Assembly (NCBI GenBank): GCA_046757765.1
Contig: JBHHYX010000002.1
Location: forward strand, 1-46,577
Length of the DNA stretch: 46,577 bases
Origin: Acidobacteriota bacterium
Lineage (GTDB): Bacteria > Acidobacteriota > UBA6911 > RPQK01 > JBHHYX01
Direction: 5' to 3'
Below the pieces are notes generated by a model. That model was given only the letters and a program-made list of their open reading frames with translations, was not told the DNA's origin and made no database searches. The position numbers were made by a program, and so were the translations under genes. This document shows, piece after piece, positions 34,616 to 44,560 of this stretch. How positions within the stretch are numbered: the first letter of the stretch is position 1; each line of letters starts with the position of its first letter.

Positions 34616-36151
34616 ATGCAACCTACACTGTTTGAGAATCCCCTGCGAGAAGGCCTGCGGCTGGAACGGACTCCCGAACCCTGCTGTGTGGTGATTTTCG
34701 GTGCTTCGGGCGACCTGACCATGCGCAAGCTGATCCCGGCCTTCTTCAGCCTCTTCCAGCAGAACCTGCTTCCCCCCGGCTTCTCGGTCATCGGGGCCGC
34801 TCGCACTCCGATGAGCCACCAGGATTTCCGTGACAAGATGAAGGAAGCCATCAAAGTCTTCGGCCAGGTGACTGCGGCCGACACCCACTTGTTGGAGAAT
34901 TTCGTTTCGGGACTCTTCTACAACCGCACCGATGTCAAGAAACCGGAGACTCTGGAGAGACTCTGTGCACTCTTGAGCCAAATGGATCGAGAAAGAGGCA
35001 CGGCGGCCAACCGGCTCTTCTACCTTTCTACGCCCCCCACTCTCTACTCCCCCATCAGCAAGGCCCTGGGGGAGTTCAAGCTGAACCACTCACAAGGCTG
35101 GACCCGGATCATCATCGAAAAACCTTTCGGGCGGGACCTGGAAAGCATGCGGAGCCTAAACCGTGATGTTCTGAGCGTTTTTGAAGAAGACCAAGTCTAT
35201 CGCATAGACCATTATCTGGGTAAGGAGACCGTTCAGAACATCATGGTCCTGCGGTTTGCCAACGGAATTTTCGAGCCGCTCTGGGACCGGGGCTATATTG
35301 ACCACATCCAGATCACGGCCGCGGAGAGCCTTGGCGTCGAAAAGCGTGGCGGCTACTACGAGCAGGCCGGCGCCGTTCGGGACATGATTCAGAACCACCT
35401 CTTTCAGGTGTTCTCTCTGGTGGCCATGGAGCCTCCGAGCTCCTTACAGTCAAATGATGTGCGGGACGAGAAGACCAAGGTGATGAAAGCGGTCCGTCCC
35501 ATCCAACAAGAAGAGGTGTCGGCCCTGGCGGTACGGGGCCAATACGGCAAGGGAGCCATCGACGGAAAGCCGGTGGTGGGCTATCGTCAAGAAGAAAACG
35601 TCAACCCCGACTCTTGCACCGAGACCTATGCGGCCCTGAAACTGCTGGTCGAGAACTGGCGTTGGGCGGGCGTTCCTTTCTACCTGCGCTCGGCCAAGAG
35701 AATGCCCAAACGGGTAACCGAGGTCGCCGTCCAGTTCCGCCGGGCCCCCCACTTGATCTTCCACGATCCCACCAGCGCTCCGGTTGAGCCGAATGCCCTC
35801 ATCATTCGGGTACAACCTCAGGAGGGCATCACTTTGAGGTTCCGCGCCAAAGTTCCTTCTCAGGCCATTCAGATTCGGACGGTCAACATGGACTTCCACT
35901 ACGGGACCTCCTTCGGCAAAAAATCTCCGCAGGCCTATGAGCGGCTGTTGCTGGATGCGATGCTGGGCGACACGACCCTCTTCGCGCGGGGGGACATGGT
36001 GGAGATCTCCTGGAAGTTGCTGACGCCGATTCTGGAGGCCTGGGGTGAGCGGCAAGCGGACGATTTTCCCAACTACGAAGCGGGAAGTTGGGGCCCCGAA
36101 GTGTCCGAGAAGTGGCTGCTTGAAGAGGGACGCCGCTGGAGACGACCCTGA
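34616..36151 (+). CDS. zwf: Glucose-6-phosphate 1-dehydrogenase
   Basis: VIFGASGDLTMRKL is the NADP site and RIDHYLGKE is the active-site signature. The start is ATG 34616. The ORF is open from 34538. Confidence 0.95.
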   Translation: MQPTLFENPLREGLRLERTPEPCCVVIFGASGDLTMRKLIPAFFSLFQQNLLPPGFSVIGAARTPMSHQDFRDKMKEAIKVFGQVTAADTHLLENFVSGLFYNRTDVKKPETLERLCALLSQMDRERGTAANRLFYLSTPPTLYSPISKALGEFKLNHSQGWTRIIIEKPFGRDLESMRSLNRDVLSVFEEDQVYRIDHYLGKETVQNIMVLRFANGIFEPLWDRGYIDHIQITAAESLGVEKRGGYYEQAGAVRDMIQNHLFQVFSLVAMEPPSSLQSNDVRDEKTKVMKAVRPIQQEEVSALAVRGQYGKGAIDGKPVVGYRQEENVNPDSCTETYAALKLLVENWRWAGVPFYLRSAKRMPKRVTEVAVQFRRAPHLIFHDPTSAPVEPNALIIRVQPQEGITLRFRAKVPSQAIQIRTVNMDFHYGTSFGKKSPQAYERLLLDAMLGDTTLFARGDMVEISWKLLTPILEAWGERQADDFPNYEAGSWGPEVSEKWLLEEGRRWRRP

Positions 36152-36241
36152 GGCAACAGCGAATGAACTCCTCTTCTCGATTTGAAATTCTATCGGACGG
36201 GTGGTGTGCTCTTGGAGAGGAGCCGTGGGTGGGCACCGGGG

Positions 36242-37399
36242 ATGAGTAGCGACACAAGAGTGTTTCCCGAGATCGATGTCGAGGCCCTGGAAAATGAGCT
36301 GCGGGAGTTGTGGCGGCGCATGGCGGAGGACTCTCGACAGGAGGGCGGGCAGGCGCTGACGAAGGCGTGTGTTCAGAATCTGGTGGTGTGGGCTCCCGGC
36401 CAGGGGGCGGGAACTGAGCTGAGTGCAAATCTGGCCGAAGTGACTTCGGAGCACCCCAGCAGGCTGCTGCTTCTGCTGCCGGAGGCCGACTCCAGCCTCT
36501 CCTCTCTCTCCGCGCGGGTGACCGTGCAGTGTCAGGCGGCCGGCCGCGGGCGAAAGCAGGTCTGTTGCGAACAGATCACGGTCAAGGCGGAAGGGGAGCG
36601 GATCCCGCAGCTGGTCAGCGTGGTCAGGCCTCTGCTGGTTCCGGACCTGCCGGTGGTCCTCTACTGGCGCGATACTCCCGACCCGGAAAGTCGAATGTTC
36701 CTGCAGCTGGTGGCAGAATCCAGCCGAGTCATTCTGGACACTCGCAAGGCGGCCGACGCAACCTCCACCCTGGCCCGGCTGTCTCAACTGATCCAGGATT
36801 TTCCCCATGCCGCCTTCACCGACTTGAGCTGGGCCAGCCTGACTCCCTGGCGTCGTTTGATTGCTGGCTTCTACGACGTGCCCGGCCACCGGAAAGAGCT
36901 GGAGAGGGTGGCTCATTTGGAGCTGGAGTGTGGAAGGTCCTACGCCCAGCAGCGGCTTCCCGCCGAGCCTCTGCTCCTCACTTTCTGGATGGCCGGCCGG
37001 CTGGGGTGGCATCCCGCTGCCTCGCCCATCTGGCTGGATCAGAATCACTACCAAGTGCGCTTCAAGGGGCCCCGTCGCAACATTGTGGCCGAAATCCAGC
37101 TCACCGACTCCCCACCGGGCCCCCATTCGGTTCTTCTCGCCACCGGAGCAGAACCCGCAACCTCGTTTCATGTGGCGACCACCGAGGACGGCGCTCACTT
37201 GGAAGCCTACACTCAGGTGGGAGGCGTTGGGAGAGCGGTTGAAAAACTTTCCCGGACGCGGCGCCGATCCGAATCCTATCTCCTGGCCCGGGAGTTGGAA
37301 GTCCTGGGCCACGATCGGGTTTTCCAACAAACTTTGAGCCAGCTGCGGGAAGGAGATTGTTTTTCCCCCGGGAAGTGCGATCAGGAGAGCAGGCGATGA
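36242..37399 (+). CDS. opcA: Glucose-6-phosphate dehydrogenase assembly protein OpcA
   Basis: The gene follows zwf directly. The N-terminal pattern IDVEALENELRELWRR...TKACVQNLVVW and the product size match OpcA. Confidence 0.8.
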   Translation: MSSDTRVFPEIDVEALENELRELWRRMAEDSRQEGGQALTKACVQNLVVWAPGQGAGTELSANLAEVTSEHPSRLLLLLPEADSSLSSLSARVTVQCQAAGRGRKQVCCEQITVKAEGERIPQLVSVVRPLLVPDLPVVLYWRDTPDPESRMFLQLVAESSRVILDTRKAADATSTLARLSQLIQDFPHAAFTDLSWASLTPWRRLIAGFYDVPGHRKELERVAHLELECGRSYAQQRLPAEPLLLTFWMAGRLGWHPAASPIWLDQNHYQVRFKGPRRNIVAEIQLTDSPPGPHSVLLATGAEPATSFHVATTEDGAHLEAYTQVGGVGRAVEKLSRTRRRSESYLLARELEVLGHDRVFQQTLSQLREGDCFSPGKCDQESRR

Positions 37400-37456
37400 G
37401 GGACAGACCTGCCCTTCCCCCCGGCCGTCCCACTACCGGAGCCCTCCCGGGAGCGG

Positions 37457-37640
37457 CTAGCCCGAATTTCTCACACTCGATCATAGCAAGGCGGTGGAGA
37501 TGCGCGTGGATACAAGGCGTCGCGACCGAGGGCCCCGCAGTCGCACTGAACAGTACGTCGAGGAGCCCGACGGAGCGCAACGCAGTAGACGCGGGCATAT
37601 CCGTCGCCGTAGTAGAAGGGGTGTGAGAAATGCGGGTTAG
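37457..37640 (+). mobile_element. Repeat family A copy (MITE-like) inserted between opcA and pgl
   Basis: TIRs are CTAGCCCGAATTTCTCACAC (37457-37476) and GTGTGAGAAATGCGGGTTAG (37621-37640). The interior aligns with 27078-27262. Confidence 0.75.
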
Positions 37641-38391
37641 AGACCGAGAGGTGGTGGTCTGCGCCGATGCCCATGAAGTGAGCCTTCGAGGGGCCGAGCT
37701 TTTCGTTGCGCTGGCCCACCGGGCACAAGCCTCTGGGCAACCTTTGAGTGTGGCTCTCTCGGGCGGGTCGACCCCCAGGACTCTCTTCAGGATGCTGGCG
37801 GGCGAGGACTTCAGGAGCCGGATCGACTGGCGGGGGGTGAACCTGTTCTGGGGAGACGAACGGTCTGTCCCGGCGGAGCATCCCGACAGCAACTATGGAA
37901 TGACGCAACGAGAGCTCCTCGACAAAGTGCCGATCCTGGAGGCCAATGTTCACCCCATTCCCACCGGGCTGACAACCCCGGCAATGGCGGCCCGGCAGTA
38001 CGAGGAAACGCTGCGCAGCTTCTTTCATCTTGGACCCGGCGAGTGGCCTCGCTTTGACTTGATTTACCTGGGGATGGGCGCCGACGGGCACACGGCGTCC
38101 CTCTTCCCGGGATCGCCGGCCTTGAGTGAGAAGGAGCGGCTGGTAGTGGAAAACTATGTCGAGAAGCTGGGCGCCTGGAGGATCACCTTGACAGCAAAAA
38201 CGCTGAATTACGGGCGGAATGTGGTTTTTCTGATCGCGGGTGCGGGCAAGGCCAGTCGAATCAAAGAGGTCCTGGAAGGAAGGTCCGATCCCGACCGATT
38301 CCCCTCCCAGCAAATTCGTCCCCTCAACGGGCGCCTCCTCTTTCTCCTCGATCGAGCAGCCGCCAGTCAACTGGCGGGCCAAGGTGTTTGA
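37630..38391 (+). CDS. pgl: 6-phosphogluconolactonase
   Basis: ALSGGSTP, WGDER and GMGADGHTASLFP are present. The first ATG (37630) lies inside the repeat TIR. In-frame GTG codons at 37651/37654 are alternative starts. Confidence 0.9.
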   Translation: MRVRDREVVVCADAHEVSLRGAELFVALAHRAQASGQPLSVALSGGSTPRTLFRMLAGEDFRSRIDWRGVNLFWGDERSVPAEHPDSNYGMTQRELLDKVPILEANVHPIPTGLTTPAMAARQYEETLRSFFHLGPGEWPRFDLIYLGMGADGHTASLFPGSPALSEKERLVVENYVEKLGAWRITLTAKTLNYGRNVVFLIAGAGKASRIKEVLEGRSDPDRFPSQQIRPLNGRLLFLLDRAAASQLAGQGV

Positions 38392-38499
38392 GACAGTGCG
38401 GACCGCCGGCTCCGACTCCGGTGAAGGAGGGCAGAGGAGGATGCGACTCTGGCGACGGCGCACAGGGCCGAACGGCAACCGCCGCGGTGAGCCGGCGTC

Positions 38500-38898
38500 T
38501 CACGACAACTGCTCGAACAGACCCGTTTTCGTCAAGCCCTTCTCGAAGGTGAGCGTGGCCTCGCAGCCGCAAGACTTGGCCGCAATTCCGATGAGCAGAT
38601 CGGGGAGATGGGCCCTCGTGCCACGGCCCAGGCGAATCAGCTGGAGAAGTCGGTCGTAGTCCTCGAATTCCAGGATGGGCATCTGAGCCAGCAGTTCCAG
38701 TGCATCCAGGATCTCGCTCCTCTGAAACTCGTAAACCGCCGAAAGTACCCAGACCGTCTCCAGCACAACCGGCCATGTGATCTCAAAGCGGGCTCCACTC
38801 CGCTCGGACGCCTCAAACAGTTTCTTGACCCGGAGACCCTGAGCTCTGTCGTCGTTCAACAGGAATCGAAGGATCACGTTGGTGTCGAGAGCTTTCAT
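38500..38898 (-). CDS. vapC: PIN-domain toxin VapC
   Basis: The 132-aa product starts MKALDTNV and has a PIN acidic residue pattern. There is a 4-nt overlap with the upstream antitoxin gene. Confidence 0.9.
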   Translation of the reverse strand: MKALDTNVILRFLLNDDRAQGLRVKKLFEASERSGARFEITWPVVLETVWVLSAVYEFQRSEILDALELLAQMPILEFEDYDRLLQLIRLGRGTRAHLPDLLIGIAAKSCGCEATLTFEKGLTKTGLFEQLS

Positions 38899-39143
38899 AG
38901 CCTTCCTTCGCGAAAGGCCTTCCGGAGCCGCTTGTTGATCTCCTGCTTGCCATGGCGTTGCGGAGCTTTGTCCTGAAACGCAGCGAAGGCCTCTGAAACC
39001 TTTCGGGCGATGGGATAGATTCTGATCGCACCGTCCGCCTCCAGCCGGAAGTCCAGCCTGTCACCCGCCCTCAGTCGAAGTCTCTCCCGGACCTTCTTGG
39101 GGATGGTCACCTGCCCCTTGGAAGTCATTGTCGAGATGGCCAC
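38895..39143 (-). CDS. vapB: AbrB/MazE/SpoVT-family antitoxin (VapB)
   Basis: MTSKGQVTIPKKVRERLRLRAGDRLDF is the SpoVT-AbrB swapped-hairpin motif. Confidence 0.9.
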   Translation of the reverse strand: MAISTMTSKGQVTIPKKVRERLRLRAGDRLDFRLEADGAIRIYPIARKVSEAFAAFQDKAPQRHGKQEINKRLRKAFREGRL

Positions 39144-39395
39144 AAAATTCTCCTTCCATCAAGAAACGTCTTACTAGAGTGTAAGGAAAATGGTGTTCTC
39201 AATCAAGACAGCTTCTTTGTAGACCCCGGTTCGGCCACATCGCCTCCCGGGCTTGACGCGAGGATGGCCCTTCAGCGCCATCGTTACGACCATCTCGCGC
39301 AAACTCTCGGGGGAGCACCGGGGCGAGTGGTGGGCGTGAGTCTGCCGTTTCCTCGCTGTGCCGTGGCATTTCACTCAGGCCATATCAAACATCTA

Positions 39396-39423
39396 TTGAC
39401 AGGGGGCACCGCCACCACATAAG
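39396..39423 (+). promoter_or_regulatory. Possible sigma70-type promoter for the M48 peptidase gene
   Basis: TTGACA (39396-39401) is followed by a 16-nt spacer and CATAAG (39418-39423). This would leave a very short leader before ATG 39436. Confidence 0.3.
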
Positions 39424-39435
39424 TTAAACACCGGC

Positions 39436-40764
39436 ATGCGAAGCTGTGTTTGGATCGCCGGTTTCCTGACCCTGCTGGCAGCGGGCTCTCTGGCCCGGAA
39501 CTCGGGAGCCCATACCCCACGGTCGAGGGCGGCCGTGACACAGCAAACGGCTTCTGCCGCTGAGGTGGAGACCGGCCCGGTGCCGGTTCCCCAACCCAGC
39601 GAAAAGGCCATGAGGTACTACCGCAGTGGCAACGTGCTCTGGGTGGTCCGTTTGGCCTGGGGACTCCTGATTCCGACCCTCCTGCTGATGACCGGGTTTT
39701 CCGCCAGGATGCGTGACTGGGCTCGATTCCTGGGCCGAAAGTGGTTTTTCATCATCGGCCTTTATTTCATCTTCTTTGCCGTCATCAATTTTGTTCTGGA
39801 CCTTCCCTTGGACTACTACCAGGAGTTTGTTCGCCAGCATGCCTACGGCCTTTCCAATCAGACTTTCAACAAGTGGATTACGGATTCCCTGAAATCCCTG
39901 CTGGTGGGTGTCGTGGCGGGCGTCCTGTTCCTCTGGGTCCCGTATCTCTTACTCAAGAGGAGTCCGCGGCGCTGGTGGCTGTATACGGGCATACTGGCGG
40001 TGCCCTTTCTCTTCTTCCTCATGCTCATCAGCCCCATCTGGATTGCCCCGCTGTTCAACGACTTCGGTCCCATGAAGGATAAGGCGCTGGAAGCCAGAAT
40101 CCTGGACCTGGCCGAGCACGCGGGTATTGAGGGGAGCCGCGTCTACGAGGTCAACAAGAGTGTCGATACAAAGGCTGTCAACGCTTACGTCAGCGGCTTC
40201 ATGGGAAGTAAGCGAATTGTCTTGTGGGATACCATCATTGCCAAACTCGAGCCGGAGGAGCTGCTCTTCGCCATGGGTCATGAAATGGGACATTATGTAT
40301 TGGGCCATGTGGTGGAGGGCATTTTCTTCTTTGCCTTCCTGATTCTCGTGGGCCTCTACCTCATCTATCGCACAGCCGGACGGCTCATTACCCGGTTTAG
40401 AGGCCGCTTCGGCTTCGATCAACTCTCCGATGTGGCCTCATTGCCCTTGATCATCGTGCTCTTCAACATTTTTTCACTCCTCATCACGCCGGTGGCCCTG
40501 ACCTACTCGCGTCATCAGGAGCATGAGGCGGATCGCTTCGGCCTCGAGATCACGGAAAACAATCATGCGGCTGCCACAGCCTTCGTCAAGCTTCAGGAAG
40601 AGAATCTGGGCAATCCCCGGCCAGGGATTCTGTACAAGCTGTGGCGCTCCAGCCACCCCACACTGGGCGAGCGGGTCGACTTCTGCAATGACTACAAACC
40701 GTGGAGACAGGGCCGACCCCTGAAATATGGGAACCTGTTCAAGGCTGTGGCAAAGACTCCGTAG
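39436..40764 (+). CDS. M48-family (Ste24/HtpX-like) zinc metallopeptidase
   Basis: It has multiple TM helices, the HEMGHYVLGH zinc motif, and EADRFG downstream. Confidence 0.9.
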   Translation: MRSCVWIAGFLTLLAAGSLARNSGAHTPRSRAAVTQQTASAAEVETGPVPVPQPSEKAMRYYRSGNVLWVVRLAWGLLIPTLLLMTGFSARMRDWARFLGRKWFFIIGLYFIFFAVINFVLDLPLDYYQEFVRQHAYGLSNQTFNKWITDSLKSLLVGVVAGVLFLWVPYLLLKRSPRRWWLYTGILAVPFLFFLMLISPIWIAPLFNDFGPMKDKALEARILDLAEHAGIEGSRVYEVNKSVDTKAVNAYVSGFMGSKRIVLWDTIIAKLEPEELLFAMGHEMGHYVLGHVVEGIFFFAFLILVGLYLIYRTAGRLITRFRGRFGFDQLSDVASLPLIIVLFNIFSLLITPVALTYSRHQEHEADRFGLEITENNHAAATAFVKLQEENLGNPRPGILYKLWRSSHPTLGERVDFCNDYKPWRQGRPLKYGNLFKAVAKTP

Positions 40765-40929
40765 GTGCAAAGTCTCCCACAAGCGACGTCAATTCTTTCT
40801 ATTGGGGCGGAATGCGGCTGGGAGGAGCCCCCATTGGGCTCTGGTAGGGCCGCGATCCCCGGGGCCGACGCCGCCGAGAGAAACTGTGGAGTGACAGCCC
40901 ACCGAGCACCCGGTAGAGGTCGCGTGGAA

Positions 40930-41922
40930 ATGATTCTGGGAGGAGACATTGGCGGCACCAAAACCCACCTGGCTCTTTTTAACCGTGGGGACGGCAGCTG
41001 TCTGAGACCGGTAGCGGAGAATCGCTATGTGAGTCACGACTACCCCGGGCTGGAGTCGGTGATGCGGGAGTTCCTCTCCTCCCAAGCCCTTCTTTTGAAA
41101 GGGCGCAGGATTTCGGCCGCCGCTTTTGGAATTGCAGGACCGGTTGTTGACGAGGTCTGCAAAGCCTCCAATCTTCCCTGGGTCATCCGAGCTGGCAGCA
41201 TTCAGGAAGCCTTTGGCATCGAAAAGGTTCGCCTGATCAACGACCTGACTGCCAATGGCTATGGAATCGCCGGACTGTCTCCGGATCAGCTTCTGACCTT
41301 GAATGAAGGCCGGGAGAGACCGGAAGGAAACGGCGCCTTGATCGCTGCGGGCACGGGCCTGGGAGAGGCATTTCTGCTTCGAGACGGGCCTCACTTCCTA
41401 CCGGTGGCATCCGAGGGCGGGCACAGCGACTTCGCCCCCAGAAACGCGCTCGAGATGGAACTCCTGGCCTACCTCCTGGAGCGGTGGAGCCACGTCAGTT
41501 TCGAGCGCGTGCTTTCAGGCCCGGGCCTCTTCAACCTCTACTGCTTCCTCCGAGACAGCGGACGCGGCGTGGAGCCGTCCTGGATGCGGGAGCGAATCGC
41601 TCGAGAAGACCCTTCCGCGGTGGTCACTCAGGCCGCTTTCGCCAATGAATGTGATCTGTGCGTGAAGTCACTCGACCTGTTCATCTCGATCTACGGGTCG
41701 GAAGCGGGCAATCTGGCACTCAAATTCATGGCCGTGGGCGGCCTTTATGTCGGGGGCGGAATCGCCCCCAAGATGATCGACAGAATGAAGGACGGAACAT
41801 TCATGAGATCCTTCGTCAAGAAGGGTAGACTCTCTTCCGTGGTGGAGCAGATTCCTGTCCAGGTCATCCTCGATCCCCGAACCGCGCTTTACGGGGCTGC
41901 ATGCTGCGCCGCCCTCTTGTGA
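40930..41922 (+). CDS. glk: Glucokinase
   Basis: MILGGDIGGTKTHLALF is the ATP-binding block, followed by INDLTANGYG and GGGIAPK. The ORF is open from 40765, but that extension has no glucokinase-like sequence. Confidence 0.9.
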   Translation: MILGGDIGGTKTHLALFNRGDGSCLRPVAENRYVSHDYPGLESVMREFLSSQALLLKGRRISAAAFGIAGPVVDEVCKASNLPWVIRAGSIQEAFGIEKVRLINDLTANGYGIAGLSPDQLLTLNEGRERPEGNGALIAAGTGLGEAFLLRDGPHFLPVASEGGHSDFAPRNALEMELLAYLLERWSHVSFERVLSGPGLFNLYCFLRDSGRGVEPSWMRERIAREDPSAVVTQAAFANECDLCVKSLDLFISIYGSEAGNLALKFMAVGGLYVGGGIAPKMIDRMKDGTFMRSFVKKGRLSSVVEQIPVQVILDPRTALYGAACCAALL

Positions 41923-42043
41923 CCACAGTTTCCGAATGCTCTTCGAAGCAGAATGGGGACCAGCGTGACTCCCGTGGCGGGGACATGACCGGTTGGACGG
42001 GGGAGACATTCTGGATGAGTGACCGAAGGACGTGGAGCTGGAG

Positions 42044-44062
42044 ATGAGGATTTACTTTGCCGCCGGGATTCTTCTGATAGTCAGCCTCTTCACGGTGGGA
42101 ACGCTTTCCGTCTTCACCCCTTACCTGGAAAATCTGGAACTGAACAACTACGATTTCCTGCTGGCCGTGCTGCGGGGCCCTTTGGACCCTCCCTCAGACC
42201 TGGTGATTATTGCCATCGACGAGAATTCCCTGGATCAGCTGGCCCAATTGGGCCTGGACTGGCCTTGGCCCAGGGGGATCTACGGGGAGCTCATCAAGGC
42301 GCTCGACAAAGCCGGAGCCCGCCTCATGGTGTTCGACATCATTTTTGATCAGAATTCAGAGGATCGCTCCCAGGACGCCTACTTGGCCCAAGCCATCCGG
42401 GAGAGTTCGATTCCTGTCCTTCTGGCCGCGACCGTCCACCAGGTGAGGGACTCGAGGTTCTCACTGGACACGGAAGTCAACCCGCTCGATCTGTTTCTCG
42501 AAGCCGGCGCACGACCCGGATTCAGCAAGTTCAATCCGGACCGGGACACTGTCATTCGCCACGGCCTGCTCGCGCTCAATGGAGAGCCAACACTCAGCTC
42601 GCGGGCCTACTCGCTGCTGCGTGGAAGGCCCTTGGACCCTTTGAAACTCCCGGTCGTCGCCTATCAGGGAGGAGACCCGGAGATCCTGATCAACTACGTA
42701 GGTGGCGCCCGGAGCATTCGGACGGTGAGTTTCTACCAGGCGCTGGATTACGAGAACTCGCTCCCGGACGGGATTTTTGAAGACAAGATCATTTTTGTGG
42801 GCCGCTCCCAAAGCGTCTACGAGATCAGTGCCGGTCAGGCGGATGTCTTTCCCTCTCCTTTCGATCTGCTGGGAGGGGGACAGCTGATGCCTGGAGTTGA
42901 GATTCACGCCAACCTGCTCAACAGCTTGCTTCGAAACAAATACCTGGACCAGGCACCCGCCGCGGCAATGTTGCTGATCTCGATACTGCTGGCCGCTTTT
43001 GTTACTGGCTGTATGGTCGCTTTCAAAGGGATTCGGACCAAGGTCGCCGTTTCGGCCTCCATCATGCTCGGATACCTTACGGTCACGTGGATCGCCTTTC
43101 TTCGATTCGACTATTGGATGTGGTCGATTCAGCCCCTTGCGGTAGCGGCAATGGTGGTGGCGGGCAACACCGTGTATCAGTACAGGGTCACCGAACGCGA
43201 ACGAGCTCATATACGAAGAGCCCTCAAGGGCTATGTCTCGCGACCGGTAATGGACCGGGTCATGCAGGATCCCAGGAGTCTGGAGCTGGGGGGCGTTCAA
43301 GTGCAGGCCACCGTTCTGTTTGCGGATATCGCGGGCTTTTCAAAGATTGCCGAGCAGATCGATAGCAGGGAGTTGACTTCCATGATGAACGACTACTTCT
43401 CCAAAGTAGGCGATGTCATCATGAATCGAGAGGGCATGGTGGACAAGTATATTGGCGATGCGGTCATGGCGATCTGGGGAGTGCCCCTGCCCAATGCCAA
43501 CCATCCCGTTCTCTCTTGTCAGGCCGCCCTCGATATTGCACGGGTTGTCGCCGATATTCCTCGAATTAATGTCCGCATCGGGATCAACACAGGCACCATG
43601 ATGGCCGGGAACCTGGGCCACCATGAGCGCATGCAGTACACCGTGATTGGAGATGCCGTCAACCTGGCCTCGCGCCTGGAAGGCGCCAATAAGACGTTCG
43701 GCACCACGATCCTCATCAGCGAGAGCACCGAAGAGAGGATCCGGGGCCATTTTCTGGTCAGGCAGTTGGACTGGATCCGCGTGGTGGGCAAAGACCGGCC
43801 GGTCCGTGTCTATGAACTGATGGCAGGTAGGCCGGGAGCGGCTCCTGGCCGGCCTTCTGAAATGGTCCGTTCATTTGAGCGAATCCTCTCCTGTTATGAA
43901 CAGCGCGATTGGGAGAAAGCCTGCATGCTGATTGATCGACACCTCCAGCTGTTCCGGGAGGACACTGTCGTGGAGAAGGTGTTCCGTCCCCGCTGCAGAC
44001 TCTTCTTGGAGGATCCACCGTCCCCCGAGTGGGATGGTGTGTATGCCCTCGAGACCAAGTGA
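42044..44062 (+). CDS. CHASE2 sensor domain-containing class III adenylate/guanylate cyclase
   Basis: An N-terminal TM helix is followed by a CHASE2-like region (VIIAIDENSL, WPWPR) and three TM helices. The cyclase domain has VLFADIAGFS, GDAVMAIWG, GINTGTMMAGNLG and YTVIGDAVNLASRLE. Confidence 0.9.
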   Translation: MRIYFAAGILLIVSLFTVGTLSVFTPYLENLELNNYDFLLAVLRGPLDPPSDLVIIAIDENSLDQLAQLGLDWPWPRGIYGELIKALDKAGARLMVFDIIFDQNSEDRSQDAYLAQAIRESSIPVLLAATVHQVRDSRFSLDTEVNPLDLFLEAGARPGFSKFNPDRDTVIRHGLLALNGEPTLSSRAYSLLRGRPLDPLKLPVVAYQGGDPEILINYVGGARSIRTVSFYQALDYENSLPDGIFEDKIIFVGRSQSVYEISAGQADVFPSPFDLLGGGQLMPGVEIHANLLNSLLRNKYLDQAPAAAMLLISILLAAFVTGCMVAFKGIRTKVAVSASIMLGYLTVTWIAFLRFDYWMWSIQPLAVAAMVVAGNTVYQYRVTERERAHIRRALKGYVSRPVMDRVMQDPRSLELGGVQVQATVLFADIAGFSKIAEQIDSRELTSMMNDYFSKVGDVIMNREGMVDKYIGDAVMAIWGVPLPNANHPVLSCQAALDIARVVADIPRINVRIGINTGTMMAGNLGHHERMQYTVIGDAVNLASRLEGANKTFGTTILISESTEERIRGHFLVRQLDWIRVVGKDRPVRVYELMAGRPGAAPGRPSEMVRSFERILSCYEQRDWEKACMLIDRHLQLFREDTVVEKVFRPRCRLFLEDPPSPEWDGVYALETK

Positions 44063-44300
44063 TCTGGATCTTTCCGGGTGGCGGGAATCCCTCCCAGCCA
44101 TGAGTGGGTGGCTCGCTTTCTCGCGAATCTGCGTCAATCTCCTGACGCCCGATGAGAATTCCTTGACGAATCTGACGACCACCGATTTTCTGCTGCCTGC
44201 CAGCGAGTCCAGTCCGTTCTCATCATAAATCTCTTGTTTGTAGAGGGTTTCCCGGAACGCACAGATCGACCAGGCCGGTGCGAATCTTCTTGCTCTACTC

Positions 44301-44316
44301 TGGCACGCGGTTTGCT
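44301..44316 (+). promoter_or_regulatory. Sigma54 (-24/-12) promoter core
   Basis: cTGGCACGcggtTTGCTg matches YTGGCACG-N4-TTGCW at every specified position with correct spacing. I found no other such match on either strand of the window. Confidence 0.6.
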
Positions 44317-44354
44317 GATCTTCAGACAGGAATTGAGTGCGCCTGACTCTTGAT

Positions 44355-44560
44355 GCTCGGCTCACGGAACGCAGCCGCGCCATCGCGAGCCGGCTTTGCA
44401 GGGAGATTTAGCGCCAGCGCCGTTCTTGACAGAAGACGTCGCGACTGAGGCCCCGAGGTCGCGCCAGTGTGGCAGGTCAAGAAAACCGAGGAAGCTCAAC
44501 GCAATCAAAATGGATGATTCCGCCGCCCCGGTTGAGGATGTGAGACACGCGATCTAAACC
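44355..44560 (+). repeat. Degenerate family A repeat copy within the leader upstream of the sigma54 activator gene
   Basis: tcgcgagccgg...gcgccagcgccgttcttgacagaagacgtcgcgactgaggcccc...gaggatgtgagacacgcgatctaaacc parallels the order of blocks in 27078-27262. Boundaries are approximate. Confidence 0.4.

Noticed and set aside
35450-37330. 626-aa ORF on the minus strand
   Set aside because: It is antisense to zwf and opcA, and its composition is that of a shadow ORF. The same reasoning rejects 3442-4791(-), 5728-6669(-), 7889-8707(-), 11100-12332(+), 20332-21207(+), 21232-22176(+), 25579-26376(-), 37471-38478(-), 42461-43300(-) and 44691-45791(-).
40765-40929. N-terminal extension of glucokinase starting right after the M48 peptidase stop
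   Set aside because: The extension has no glucokinase-like sequence. The conserved GGDIGGTKT block begins 3 residues after ATG 40930.
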